Shown here: positions 14,981-28,297 of the stretch, in pieces | How the letters are laid out: the number at the start of each line of letters is the position of its first letter | Position numbering within the stretch: the stretch's first letter is position 1 | NCBI RefSeq assembly: GCF_009914755.1 | Contig: NC_060945.1 | Reading direction: 5' to 3' (one strand) | Source: the human T2T-CHM13v2.0 reference genome, Homo sapiens | DNA length: 64,000 bases | Made by a program: the position numbers and the translations under genes | Notes under the pieces: model-generated | Told to the model about the DNA's origin: nothing | Seen by the model: the letters and a program-made list of their open reading frames with translations, nothing else | The model's database searches: none

Positions 14981-17900
14981 TATTCCAGGTCCCCACATAC
15001 ACATAATCACATCTCACTATCAACTTCCTGCGCCACAGTGATACATTCCTTACAATCAATGAACATAACACATAATATTGCCCTGAATCCATAGTTTACA
15101 TTAGTGTTCACTCTTGGTGGTGTACATTCTGTAGGTTTCAACAATGTGTAATGACATATATCCACCATTATAGTATCATGCAGAATAGTTTTACTGCCCT
15201 AAAAATCCTCTGTGTTTTGCCCATTCATACTCACCCATCTCAAGCCCTGACAGTCACTAATCTTTTCACTGTCTCCACAGGTTTAACTTTTCCAAAACGG
15301 AAAATGGTTGAAATTATACAGTATGGAGCCTTTATAGATTGGCTTTGTTATCTTAGTATTAACATTTAATTTTTCTCCATGTCTTTTTATGGCTTCATAG
15401 ATCATTTTGGCATCGAATAGTATTTCATTGTCTGGATATTCCACAATTATTTATGCATTCACTTATTGAAGGACATTTTTCTTGCTTCAAAGTTTTGGCA
15501 ATTATTAATGTAAAGAAAGCTGCTATAAACATCCATGTGTAGGTTTGGTGTAGATGTACATTTTTAATTCATGTTGGTAAATTCCAAGGCATGTGATTGC
15601 TGAATCTTATGGTAAGAGTATTTTTGCTAGGTAAATAACTTTTTTTTCAAAAGTAACTGTAAAATTTTATATTCCCACCACCAATGAATGGGAGTTCCTG
15701 TTCTTCCTCAACATTGCTACCATTTAGTGTTGTCCATGTTGTGGATTTTGGCCATTCTAACAGGTGTGTGGTGGTTTAACACAGTAGTTTTAATTTGCAA
15801 TTCTCTAAGGATATATGATGTTGAACATTTCCATAGGCCTATTTGCCATCTGTATATCTTCTTTGTTGATGTGTTTGTTCAGATGTTTTGCTCATTTTTT
15901 AAATTGGGTATTTACCTATTGTTGAGTTTTAAAAGTTGTGTGTACTTTTTTGATAACAGTTCTTTGTCACATGTGTCTTTTACAAATATTTTTTCCTAGT
16001 CTGTGGTTTGTCTTCTCATTCTATTGAATTAGCACAAAAGATTTTAGTTTTAATGAAGTCCAGGTTTTCAGTTATTTCTTTTATAAATTGTACATTTTGC
16101 ATTATATCTAAAAAGTCACCACTATACTCAAGTTCATGTAGGGTTTCTTCCTGTAATATAGGAGTTTTATAATTTTGCATTTTGTGTTAATTTTTGTGAA
16201 GAGTGTGATTACTGTGTCTAGATTTATTTATTTTTTGCATGTGGATGTCCATTTGTTCCAACACCATTAGTTGAAAAGTTTATATATGTTCCATTTTACT
16301 GCCTTTGATTCTTCATCAAAGGTGAGCTGACTAGATTTATATGGGCTTATTTCTGCACTATATATTCTGTTCCATTGATCTATTTGCCTATTCTTTTACC
16401 AATATCACACTCTCTTGTTTACTGTAGCTTTATAGTATGTTATGACGCAGGATAGTGACTTGGGTCTTTTTAAATACTAAGTGGGCTATTCTGGCCCTTT
16501 TTTTTCTCTGTATATAAATTTTAGAATTAGTTTGCTCATACCTACAAAATAACTTGCTTAGATTTTGACTGGGATTGCATGGAACCTATAGATCAGATTG
16601 GGAAGAACTAACATCTTGACAATAGTGAGTCTTCCTACCCATGAACATGGAATATATCTCCATCTGTTTATTCTAAAGAATAATGCCTTAACATCAGAGT
16701 TTTGTGGTTTTTTCTTATCTAAATCTTGTGCATATTTTGGTAGATTTATAACTAGATATTTAATTTTGGGAGATTTGAGTAGAAATGGTGTTTTTTTTTC
16801 AATTTCATATCCTATTTGTTCACTGCTGGTATATGAGACAAAAAATGATTTTTGTATATTAACATCGTATCTTGCCACCTTTCTATAATCAGTTATTAAT
16901 TGCAGGAGCTTTTTTATTGATTATTTCAAATTTTCTACATAAATGTTTATGTTATCTGAAAACAAATTTTGTTCTATTTTTTCTTCCCTGTATAAGCTTA
17001 TTCTTTTCATAATTATTGCATTATCTAGAACTTCCAGTATAATGTTGAAAAGCAGTGGTGAGAGAAATCATCTTTGTCTTGCTCCTGACCTTCACAGGAA
17101 AGCTTCTAGTTCCTTGCCAATAAAAATGACATTAATGGTAAGATTTTTGTAGATGTTCTTTATCAAACTGAGAAAATTTTTCTCTATTTTTAGTTTGCTG
17201 AGAATTTTAATCAGTTGTATTTTGTTAAAAACATTTTTGGCATCCATTGAAATAATCTATAATTTGTATTGTTTATCCTGATGATGTGATAGATTATATT
17301 AATTGATTTCCGAATGTTGAATAAATCTTGTATACTTGAAATAAATCCCACTTGTTGATAGTGCATAATTCTTTTTACACATTATTGGATTCAATTTGCT
17401 AATGATTTGTTGAGAATTTTTGTATCTATGTTCATGAGAGATAACCATCTGTAGTTTAGGTGTAATCTTTGTCTAGTTTTAGTATCAGGGTAATTCTGAT
17501 TACCCCAAAATTAATTTAGGGAGTATTCCCTCTGCTCATATATTCTGAAAGTAACTGTAGGGAACTGATATAATTTCCTCCTTACATGTTTGGTAGAATT
17601 TACCAGTAAACTCGTCTGGACCTGATGCTGTCTGTTTTGGAAGGATATTAATTTTTGATTCAATTTCTTTAATAAGTATAGATAGGCCTATTCAGATTGT
17701 TTATTTCTTCTTGTGGGACTTTTGGCAGACTGTGTCTTTCACATAATTCATCCACTTTATCTAGGTTATCTAATATGTGGCCATAGAACTGTTTGTAATA
17801 TTCATTTATTTTCCTTTTAATGTCCATAGGGTCTGTAGTGATATACCCTTTTTCATTTCTTGGTATTAGTAACTTTTATTCTTTTTTTCTCCTTCCTTAT

Positions 17901-18138
17901 TTATTCCAACTAGTGACATCATTTTAAAATATCAACTTTTGGCCTTGCGAGTGTATTCCCTATTGATGTCCTAATTCCAATTTTCTCTATTTCTACTCTA
18001 ATTTTCATTATTTCTTTTCTACTGCTAAGGATTTTATTTGCTCTTCTTTTTCTAGTTTTCTAAGGTACAGTTTATATTATTAGTTTTATATATTCTTTGT
18101 TTCTTATATATGCTTTCGATGCTAAAAATATTGCTGTA

Positions 18139-18499
<361 letters not shown>

Positions 18500-18805
18500 C
18501 TACACATTACTGATAGTTGTATTTTGAAAAGTTGTATTTTCATTTTTATTCAGTTCAATTAAAACCTTTATTGAGACTTCTTCTATGACCCATGTGTTAT
18601 TTAGTAGTGTGTTATCTCTAAATTTGGGGGGATTTTCAATTTATCTTTCAGCTATTTATTTTTAGTTTAATCCATTGTGGTGTGAAAACAAACATCATAT
18701 ATTTTCTATTCTTTTAAATTTGTTAATATGTGTTTTACTTCTCAAAAGGTGGTTTGCTTTAGTGAATGTGCCATATGAGCTTGAGAATAAAGTGTAATCT
18801 ACTGC

Positions 18806-19069
18806 TTTTTTTTTTTAGGCAAGGTCTCATGATCATGGTTCACTGCAGCCTTGACTTCCCTGGTTTAAGTGATCCTCCCTTCTCAGCATCCCAAGTGGAT
18901 GGGACTAAAGGTGCACGTGACCACACCTGGCTATTTTTTTTTTTTTTTTTGTAAAGATGAAGTCTCTCTGTGTTGCCCAGGCTAGTCTCAAATTTCTGGG
19001 CTCAAGTGATCCTCCTGCCTTGGCCTCCTAAAGTGCTAGGATTACAGGTGTGAGCCACCGTGCCTGGCC
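18806..19069 (-). mobile_element. AluJ with a small internal deletion
   Basis: poly(T), then cactgcagccttgac...ctgggctcaagtgatcctcctgccttggcctcc; ~30 nt missing after ggtctc. Confidence 0.92.
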
Positions 19070-19510
19070 TAATGATTTTTTAATTGTCTGTAGATTTCAA
19101 TTATATTCAGTTTATTGATCATTTTCATTATTTCAATTATGTATTTACTGATTTTCTCTCATCTGAGTCTCTCTACTTCTGATAGAGGGATGTTAAAATT
19201 TCTGACTATAATAGTGGATTCATCTATTTGTCCTTGTAGTTTTATCAGGTTTTGCCTCGTAATTTGATGCTCTGTTGTTAAGCAGATACATAGTAAGGAC
19301 TGTTAAGTCTTCTTGGAATATTGACCACGTTGTTGTGATTTAATGCCCCTCTTTATCCTTGATAAATTTTCTTGCTGCAAAGTGTGCTCTGTATGAAATT
19401 AATATACTTGTTTTTACTTTATTTTCATTAGTGTTAGCATGGTATATTATTTTCTGTCCCTTTACTTTGAATCTATACTTGTCTTTATATTTAAGGAGAG
19501 TTTCTTCTAG

Positions 19511-20670
19511 ACCCCTTCATTTCACCATATACAAAAATCAACTCAAGATGGATTAAAGACTTAAATGTAAGACTTAAAACTATAAAAATCTAGAAAAAAA
19601 CCTAGGAAATACCATTTTAGATATAGGCCTTTGCAAATAATTCATGATGAAGTTTCCAAAAGCAATTGCAACAACAACAGCAACAAAACAGGCAAGTGGA
19701 AACTAAAGCTGAAGAGCGAAAGAAACTATCAACAGATTAAACAGATAACCTACAGAATGGGAGAAAACATTCTCAAACTATGCATCTGACAAAGGTGTAA
19801 TATCTAGGATCTATAAGGAACTTAAGTCTATGAGTAAAAACAACCACATGAGTAAATGGGCCAAGGAAATGGACATCTCTCAAAAGAAGACACACAGTTA
19901 ACAAGAATATGAAAAAATATTTAACATCATTAATCATTAGAGAAATGCAAATCAAACTACAATGAGATATCATCTCATACCAATCAGAATGGCTATTAAT
20001 TACCAGTCAAAAAATAACAGATTTTGGCGACATTTTGGAGAAAAGGGAACACGTATACACTGCTGGTGGGAATGTAAACTAGTTTAGCGACTATGGAAAG
20101 CAGTCTGGAGGTTTCTCAAAGAACTACCATTCAACCCAGAAATCCAATTACTGGGTATATACCCAAAGGAATATAAATCATTCTACCAAAAATACACAGG
20201 CACGTGTATGTTCATTGCAGCACTATTCCTAATAGCAAACACGTAGAACCAACCTAGATATCCATCACAGTAGACTGGACAAAGATAATGTAGTACATAT
20301 ACATCATGGAATACTATGAAGCCATACAAAAGAAAAAAATAATTTTCTTTGCAGCACTATGGATGCAGCTGGAGGCCATTATCCTAAATGAATTAATGCA
20401 GAAACAGAAAACCAAATGCCACATATTCTCACTTGTAAGTGGGAGCTAAACATTGAGTAAACATGGACACAAATCGCAACCTAATAGATACCAGGGCCTA
20501 CTTGAAGGTGAAGAAGGGAGAAGGGCGAGGGTCAAAAGACTATGCTCACTACCTGGGCGACAAAATGATTCGTACACCAAACCCTGACACTCAATTTACC
20601 CATATAACAAACCTGCACATGTAACCCCTGAATCTAAAATAAAAGTTGCAAAAGAAAAATATAAATAAAT
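19511..20670 (+). mobile_element. 5'-truncated older primate L1 (L1PA15/16-like) inserted in L1MC
   Basis: ORF2 C-terminal and 3'UTR sequence ending acaaacctgcacatgtaacccctgaatctaaaataaaagttg plus A-rich tail; degenerate TSD aaggagagtttcttctag / aaagtgggtttcttgtag. Confidence 0.85.
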
Positions 20671-21364
20671 AAAGTGGGTTTCTTGTAGGTGGTACATAGT
20701 TGGGTATCTTCTTTTATTCACTGTGACAGTATTGATCTTTAGTTGGTGTATTTAGACCATTGACATTTAAAGTGATGATTGTTATTATTACATTGATATC
20801 TACCATATTTGCTACAGATTTCTATTTGTTGCCCATGCTCTTTGTTTCTGTTTTCGTCTTCTACATTATTTATGTCTTTTGGGTTTTAATTCAGCATTAT
20901 TTAAGATTCTATTTTTTCTCATTTCTTTAACACATCAATTATACACAAACTCATGTACATACACAAATATATATATACCTTACTTAGTGATTGCCCTAAA
21001 ATTTACACTGCATATATTTACAACTAATTCATATTAACTTCTAAGTAACAGTATACTGCTTTGCAGATAATGCAAGCACCTCATGGTAACAATATATTTC
21101 TAATTCCTTCACCTTTTGTATCATCATTGGTCATTTAATTTATACATAGGTATACATGATCATATATAAATATAGATATGCATTCGAGTACACATAATTG
21201 AAAACATTTTTCTACTATTTTGAACAAATTGTTATTGGTTGGATCAATTAAATATGAAAAAAGTTTTATCTTACCTTCACTTATTCATTATTTGACCCTC
21301 TTCCTTTCTGTATGTAGATAAAAGTGTCTAATCTGTATCGTTATCTTCTCCCTCTGAAGAACCT

Positions 21365-22293
21365 TTTTTTCAACTTTATTGAGATATAATTGACAAAATA
21401 AAAATTGTATACATTTAAGGTATACAACCTGATGTTTTGACATACAGATACACTGTGAAATGATCACCACAATCAAGCTAATTAACATAACCATTATCTC
21501 ACATTTGTCATTTGTATGTGTGTATATGTGTGTGGTATAAGATCCACTCTATTAAAAATTTTCTAATATGCAATAGAGTGCATTCACTGTGGTCAGCATA
21601 TTGTATATTAGGTCAACAGAATTCGCTCATCTTACAACTGAAAGTTTCTACCCTTTGACAAACACCTACCCATTTCTTCACTGCTACCCCCGCAGTCCTT
21701 GGTAACCACTATTCTATTCTCTGCTTTGATGAGTTTGACTATTTTAGAGTCCACATGTAATTGATATCATGCAATATTTGTCTTTCTGTGTATGGCTTAT
21801 TTTATTTAGCATAATGTCTTCCTCCACGTTATTCTATGTTGTCATACATGTCAGGATTTCCTTCTTTATTAAGGGTGAATTTCCCTGCCCACACTTTTCG
21901 TCTTTTTTATAATTGTCATTGTAAGAGTTGTAAGCTGATAACCCCTTATGGTTTTGATTTCCATTTATCTGATGATGAGTGATGCTAAGCACCTTTTCAT
22001 ATATCTGTTGGCCATTTGTATGTCATCTTTTGAGAAATTCAAGAGTGCCAAGAATATACAAATAGAAAAACAATAGTCTTTTCAATAAACAGTGTTGAAA
22101 AAACTGAATATCCATGAGCAGAAAAATAATTATCAGACCTTTATTTCACAACATATACAAAAGTCAATTCAAAATGTTTTCACAGACTATGTGTATGATA
22201 AGGAGTTAATATCCAAAGTGTATAAAAAACCCATGTAACACAATAGCAAATAAATAAATAAATAACTCAAACAAAAAGGGGGCAAGAAACCTT
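21365..22293 (-). mobile_element. L1MA (L1MA8/9-like) insertion with 5' inversion, inside L1MC
   Basis: 21365-22038 is antisense 3' end; ~22040-22293 is sense ORF2; TSD aagaacct at 21357-21364 and 22294-22301. Confidence 0.8.
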
Positions 22294-24194
22294 AAGAACC
22301 TCCTTTACTATATCTTGCAAGGCAGAGCTTACTTGCAACAAATTTCCTTAATTTTTGCTTGTCTGAGAATATCTTTATTTTTCCTTCACTTTTGAAAGAT
22401 GCTTTTACAGGATACAAGATTGGTGATAATTTTTTCTCTGAATGCTTTAAAGATTTCATGCCATTCTCTGCTTCTGTGGTTTCTGAGGAGAAAATGAATG
22501 TAATTTTTATTTTTCCTCCACTATAGATGAAGTGCTGTTTCCCTTTGTCTGCTTTCAAAATTTTCTTCATCTTCTAAAGTTTGAATACGATATGCCTAAG
22601 TGTCGATTTCTTAGAACTTATTCTGCTTGGTGTTCTCAGAATTTCCTGGAACTGTGCTTTGGTGGCTGATGCTAATTTGAAAACATTCACAGTCATTACT
22701 GCTTCAAATATTGGCTTAGTTTCTTTCTCTCTTATCTTCCTCTGGTATTCTCAGTATGTATATATTACATAATCTGTAACAGTTGCTCCATAGTTCATGG
22801 ATATTCTGCTCTGCTTTTTATTTTTTTCTTTTTATTCAGTCTGTTTTTCCTTCTTGCTTTTCAGTTTTGGAAGTTTCTATTGTCATGTTCTCAAGATCTG
22901 AGATTCTTTCTTCAGCTGTGTCCAGTTTATTAATGGACACAACTGAAGAAAGCATTGTTCATTTCTATTATGGTGTTTATTTTCTCTAATATTTCTTCTT
23001 CATCCATTCTTAAAATTTTATCTTTCTGCTTAAATTACCTATCTGTCCTTGAATGTTGTCTACTTTTTCCATTGGCACCCTCATCATTATTTTAAATTCC
23101 TAGTGTGATAATTCCAACATCCCTGCCATATATGACTCCAATTCTTATACTTTTTCAGTCTCTTTAAACTGGTTTTTAAATGGTTGGTTTTTGCCTTTTA
23201 GTATGCCTTGTAATTCGTTGCTGAAATCTGGACATGATATACTGGGTGAATGAAACTCCAGCAAATAGGCCTTTAGTGGTGTGATGGTAAGGTTAGGAGT
23301 TAGAGAGGGCAAGAGTTATATAGTTCTATGGTTAGGTCTCAGTATTGGTGAGCCTGTGTTCCTAGACTACAAACTATATTAGTGACTCTCAGTGTTATTC
23401 CCCCTCTCCCTTAGGTGGGACTGGATGGCTAGAGAAGACTACGATTGGGTATTTCCCTTTATAGAAAGAAAGAGCTAAAACTAACTGGAGTTTGGTATTC
23501 CCCTTTTCCAGGTAGGGTAAACTCTGATAAAATCCCATCAGGTTAGGCTATAGTAAAATAGATTCTACTGAGGACAGCCATTGTTAAAAAGAACAGAATG
23601 CTCTGCCATATGTTAAAATTATTTCTTTTCCTGTTCCCCTACTAAAAGCATGAAGATATTATTTTTTCCTAATATTTATTGTGAGGAGCTGGAATAGCTA
23701 CTAAAAGTAAAACTCACAAAAGGATGGGGCCTCCCATGACCCTGTCCTGTGCTTTTTACTGTCAGACTTTTCCAACCTTAGCCTCCAGCAATCCATTCAT
23801 TACAGTTTAGGTTTTCTTACCTGGACTCCTGCAGAGATTTCTGCAGTTTTGAGGATAGTAGTTTGTCTTGTGATGTCAATTTCTCTGACAGTCTAAGAAG
23901 AAATTTTTATTTTTGAGTTTTGTTCATCTTTTTACTTGTTGTTAAGACAGAGTGGTTGACTTCTAAGGCGCTTATATGACAGATTGTTTGGCATGCTTTT
24001 TAAGGTAATAGGGAGTTGATCATTAGCATATGAAATAAATAGAATCAATTTTAAACAGATATTAATAATTTTATCTGAATATTTGCCCCAAAATTTATAT
24101 TATCAGATAAAACATATCACATATAATCAATAAGAACGTTATTATAAAAACTTTTAAAAATAAAAAGTTATCTAATTTATGCATTTTTCATTTA

Positions 24195-24535
24195 CATATT
24201 TTATATATATATACACATCCATATATACACATGTTATATATAATAAATATAATATATAAGTATATAAACAGTATATATTGTGTATATATACTATAAATGC
24301 TACAAAAAATATATATATAATTAGTTTTTGGTATTGTATATGACATTAAATCTCATATTAAAATAAATAGAAAACAATATTTCTATTTTTATTTAAAAAT
24401 CTTATTTGCAGTTTGCCAAATTGCAATTTAACATTATAAAATATTAATGATGGCTAAAAGTTGGAGGAGTAATTATACCAAATATTTTGTTTTTTAATAT
24501 ATATATAAATACACACACACACACACACATGCATA
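24195..24535. repeat. TA-rich low-complexity region ending in (AC)n (24511-24529)
   Basis: Direct reading. Confidence 0.8.
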
Positions 24536-24649
24536 TACTGAGGGTTCAAATATTATTCAGAGTTAGCTTCAACAATGCAGATTTTCCTCTGAGAGTTTCA
24601 TATCTTAATCTGCAAAAAAGAAAAGAAAGTGTGGTTACATTATCATAAA

Positions 24650-24880
24650 GGATATAGCTTCTAGCTTCAGAGTGCTATACCTTGATAGGTATATGAATAA
24701 AACCTTGGGCATATTTCTTAATTATCAAAAATTCAATCTCTTCGATTGTAAAATGAGAATAAGTACCTACATCCTACATTTCTAGATGATGGGGGCGTGT
24801 ACAAATGTGCATAAAGCACTTAACAACAGTGCCTAGCGCACGACAAGCAGGCATTAAATGACAGCTATTACTAGATATTA
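24650..24880 (+). mobile_element. MIR remnant
   Basis: accttgggcatatttcttaa...tgtaaaatgagaataagtacctac...taaagcacttaacaacagtgcctagc. Confidence 0.7.
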
Positions 24881-25574
24881 ACTGGACATGTGTTCTCATA
24901 AATTCATATGGCCTGCTTCCTATGTTGACACTGGTAGGGATAAGGGAAAGGAAAAGCAAAGTATACGGGTAATTAAACTGCCCCTAAAAACCAAGAAATT
25001 CTATGAAGCAAAAAATAATAGGTAAACATCTCCAAGTATCAATTTTTTATGTATTATTTTTCCTTGCTTTTTTTTCCACAGGGTTCTTTAAGTTTTTCAG
25101 TATTTGAGAAAAAAATGTATAAAAGATGTCTTTCTGAAGCAAAAAAAGTAGTCTATTAAAAAAAAGGCCCCATCCACTTTATTTTTTTTCTCCAGAAATG
25201 CTGGGATTGCTGGCATTCTTTTTAGTCTTCCTTTTTCTTCTATTTGTTGATGTAAACACGCTCTCCATATTTCCATGAGCCATGTCTCACATATTATAAA
25301 AGGGCATGCTAAATATAATTAAAAGTAGAGGCAGAAGCATTACCAGCAAAAGAGTGGGTAGCACTAAAGCACAATATTAATATCCACAGTGAAATGTCAT
25401 TGAGTCATCAAGGTTTGTGCCATATGGGTCTGTGGCTTAACTCATCCCCAAAGACTGAATTGATTTGCAATTACAGCATATTTTGGGGTTAAAGAAAAAA
25501 ATGTAAAAATGGTAGTTAATCATCAATTAGGATCGCATTTTACCGTGCTGAAAGTTATTTAATAAAAGATGATA

Positions 25575-26133
25575 AGAGCAGGAACCCGCATCCAGGAACA
25601 GAGCCCTTTGCTCCTCCCTCAGAATGGAGACCAGAAATCAGATATTTATGCCCAAGAAAAGCAGGATTTCATTCGGCACTTCTCCCAGATCTTTAGAGTG
25701 CTGACTGAGGATGAGATGGGGCACCCACAGACAGGAGATGCTATTGCCCAGCTCAAGGAGGTCCTGGAGTACAACGCCAGTGGAGGCAAGTATCAGCAGG
25801 CTTTGAGAGTGCTAGTAGCATTCAGGAAGCTGATAGAGCCAAGGGAACAGGATGCTGATGGTCTCTAGCGGGCCCTGCTGTGGGATGGTGTGTGGAACTG
25901 CTGCAAACTTTCTTCCTGGTGGCAGGTGACATCACAGATTCATCTCTCACCCAATGGGGACAGATCTGCTGGTATCAGAAGCCAGGCGTAGGTTTGGATG
26001 CCATCAGTGATGCTATCCTTCTGGAAGCATATATCTACCGCCTGCTGAAGCGCTATTGCCGGGAGCAGCCCTGTTACCTGAACCTGATGAAGCTCTTCCT
26101 GCAGAGTTCCTATCAGACTGAGACTGGGCGGAC
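25575..26133 (+). pseudogene. FDPS: Processed FDPS (farnesyl diphosphate synthase) pseudogene, 5' half only; probably FDPSP6
   Basis: Intronless match NGDQKSDIYAQEKQDFIRHFSQIFRVLTEDEMGHP...GWCVELLQTFFLVAGDITDSSLT...LFLQSSYQTETG. 4-nt loss right after the ATG, TAG at 25866-25868, first DDxxD motif changed to GDITD and RRG to QWG. Confidence 0.96.
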
Positions 26134-26775
26134 CTCATTTCCTGCATCAGGACTTACTTTGGTCCTGGATGAATAATATTGAAGATATATGCTTAAAATA
26201 CTTCTAACATCAGAATTTGTGCACGTGTTTTCTTCCCCAAGAAAGCTATAAATAGCAAAAATTTTGCTGTAAGCTTCCCTATGTTCTCTCTCCTTCTCCC
26301 CTCCCCTAAAACTCAAAGGAATGTTAAAAGCACGTTTCTCTGTGAGCGTTGGACCTTATCTATGCTCCCAGTTCCAATTCCTTGTAATCATACTTTGTAA
26401 AGTCCTGTAAAATCCTGTCTCCTTTGCCATGACACTGCAAGGTCATAAAGTAGATGAAACCTAAGTTACAATTCTGGTTTTCCTTAAAATCTAAGATATG
26501 TCACAAAATAATTTACTGCCTTTGTTTCTCGCTCTGGTAACATCTTCCCTCTGCACCTATTTACCGCCTATTTAAAAGGTGATCGAAAAATCTAACACTG
26601 TCTACCCACTTGGGACCCCTTCCATGCTATGGAAGCTTTGTACTGTCACTCTGCTCAAAAAAGCCTACAGTTTTGTTTTGTTTTTTTTTCTCTCAGTCGT
26701 GTCCCTCTCACTTGCCGCAGGCTGCCGCCACACCAGTACTTTGGCGTTGCTAAGGCAAGAACCTTTGGCGTTACA
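26134..26775 (+). mobile_element. Class I (ERV1) solo LTR lacking its 5' terminus; subfamily uncertain (HERV1_LTR/LTR61-like by recall)
   Basis: LTR-type 3' end ggcaagaacctttggcgttaca; TATA-like tatttaaaag near 26570; likely mutated polyA signal ctcaaaaaagcc at ~26657. Confidence 0.7.
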
Positions 26776-28225
26776 TAATGAGTATGGGTTTAGACAAAGC
26801 CATAGGTAGCAAATGATAATGAAGAGAGAAATGTGAGTTTAGCAGAAAATGACATGATTAAAAAGTCCATATTTGGTTTAACAAGATTGGTCCCTTCTGT
26901 GACCATGAATATTTTCACACCATTGTAATTTCTGCTTAATGCCAGAGAAATGCTACAGAAACTTAAAAAAAAAGGCAGTGGAGATTAAGGAAAGGATTGA
27001 GGGCAGGGGTGAGAGAATGTCTTCTTGGAGAAGTTTGTATTTTAGGCATACATTTAGAAATACGTAGGTTAAAAGGTAGGTTGGTGGGGCTTTGACAAGA
27101 GCTTCCCAGAATGAAATACATGGAAGGAAGTTTCTAGTTGTATGTTCAGGAAAGTAGACTTAATTTGATGCAAATAAAATGTGGGACATAGGGAAGAAAG
27201 TAATTTCCTTATAAATATTTTAAATAGTTTTGCATATATAGAAATGACACGGCTCATCAAAGCATTTAAAAATACTTATTAGATACTTTGAAGGGCAATT
27301 TCTTCACGTGTTTGGCAAGGCAAGATATTTTCCATTGTCATTAACTTTCATGTGATAGAAAAACTAATCTGGCCCCAATTTAGAGGTTTTTTTTTGTTTG
27401 TTAGCAATTATAAAGTCATTAAGAAAGTGTTCAGAATGTATTGAATAAGTGAATTTTAAGAAAGTATTTGAAACCAAAAAGAGTAGGCCTGCAGGGGGAA
27501 AAAAAAAAGGAGATTGCTACTTGCCACAGATAAAATGGAGAATACATCAATAAGTATGTTGTAGAATGCCATAAAAATTATGACATCTTCAGGGCAAGGC
27601 AATAGAAGAACATAACATTTTTTTTATAAAGAACATCAAGAAGGAATTTTACCCTTAAATTAATAGACAAGTGATTACCTGGTGAAAATGATATTTAAAG
27701 TGAAGAGAAAGTGACTTTTCCAGAAATGTCAAAAGCTCTGGAAAAATTAATAAATTGACTCTTATTTGAGAAGTCAGCGAATCTCTCAACAAGAGGTTTA
27801 AAATCAAGAGACCATTCAGAATGAAGCTGTGACTTAAATGGCAAATGTCTAAGAGAGAAAGAAGCGGGAAGTGATTACAGTAATTGACACAGCATTGTCC
27901 TTAAAGGCTATCTTGGCAGTTCTGGGAATGACTCAACATATAAAGGGTAAGTTATAAAATATTACGCAGCTCTTGTGTTGAGAATGGTATTCCAGCATTA
28001 GGAAAAAAAATACCTGGCAAAAAATGATAGGTGATAAAAATTCTCACATTCACAGGGAAATTAACCTGTTTGGCATTTTTCCTATATGGTGAGTTAGCAG
28101 CATTGAAGTTAAAATAAATTAGATATGTAAGCCCAGGAGAAGTTTTAGATGAAATGTTAATTGAAGTTAATCATGGCATTCACATATATGATGTATACTC
28201 TTTAGGTTTAATGACTTTTTTTTCC

Positions 28226-28297
28226 AGGCAATTCTCCTGCCTAAGCATCCCAAGAAGCTGGGATTACAGGTGCCTGCCACAGTGTGTTCCTAATTTC
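28226..28297 (-). mobile_element. Alu right-monomer fragment (~70 bp) abutting the L1 poly(A)
   Basis: caattctcctgcctaagcatcccaagaagctgggattacaggtgcctgccac...ctaattt. Confidence 0.85.

Noticed and set aside
25569-26176. FDPS ORFs as a functional or readthrough gene
   Set aside because: Frameshift after the start codon, in-frame stop, broken DDxxD motif and missing C-terminal half.
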